Below, piece after piece: positions 46,617-46,732 of a stretch of DNA of 46,732 bases. How positions within the stretch are numbered: position 1 is the stretch's first letter; each line of letters opens with the position of its first letter. The notes beneath the pieces were generated by a model. That model made no database searches. It had not been told where the DNA came from and worked only from the letters and a program-made list of their open reading frames with translations. The stretch comes from Chiloscyllium plagiosum (taxonomy: Eukaryota). The translations under genes were made by a program, and so were the position numbers. Location: NCBI RefSeq assembly GCF_004010195.1, contig NW_025214580.1, forward strand, positions 1 to 46,732, in the 5' to 3' direction.

Positions 46617-46732
46617 GTATGCGTCCATAATAAGCCTACTTCAAATATCTTTTATGTAACATACTCTATTGTATGGCATTACTTTCTTGACAGTTATATT
46701 GAAGACCAATTTTTTAAAAAACTGTACAACGT

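Noticed and set aside
1..46732. CRISPR arrays or prokaryotic operons suggested by palindromic repeats
   Set aside because: No regularly spaced repeat-spacer array; the sequence is intron-containing vertebrate DNA and the palindromes are retroelement-derived.

Overview
Vertebrate genomic DNA, almost certainly from a shark or other cartilaginous fish (HE1/V-SINE-type SINEs, abundant CR1 LINEs, Penelope-like elements). It is repeat-rich, with two N gaps (12304-12854, 25221-25840). Three protein-coding genes can be read from splice sites and motifs. (1) A minus-strand receptor-transporting-protein (RTP, zf-3CxxC family) gene; only its first domain exon (1221-1366) is in the window. (2) A divergently oriented plus-strand RTP-like gene with domain exons 7583/7587-7759 and 26991-27312 around a 19.2-kb transposon-filled intron. 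It has no C-terminal transmembrane helix and appears to carry an acidic ~80-aa N-terminal extension encoded by a chain of small, phase-compatible exons (3002-7414) that the ORF track misses. (3) A MUL1-family E3 ligase gene (coding exons 38369-38485, 40524-40611, 46496-46616; continues beyond the window) with a CpG-rich promoter bearing clustered ZNF143-type motifs. Other notable elements: ISRE/GAS motifs between the RTP domain exons, many Penelope-associated hammerhead-ribozyme cores and fold-back elements, a tRNA-Thr(TGT) pseudogene, a SINE with an internal inverted head, a decayed Gypsy element and a 289-bp local templated insertion. All calls are by eye; repeat boundaries are approximate and no database search was run.
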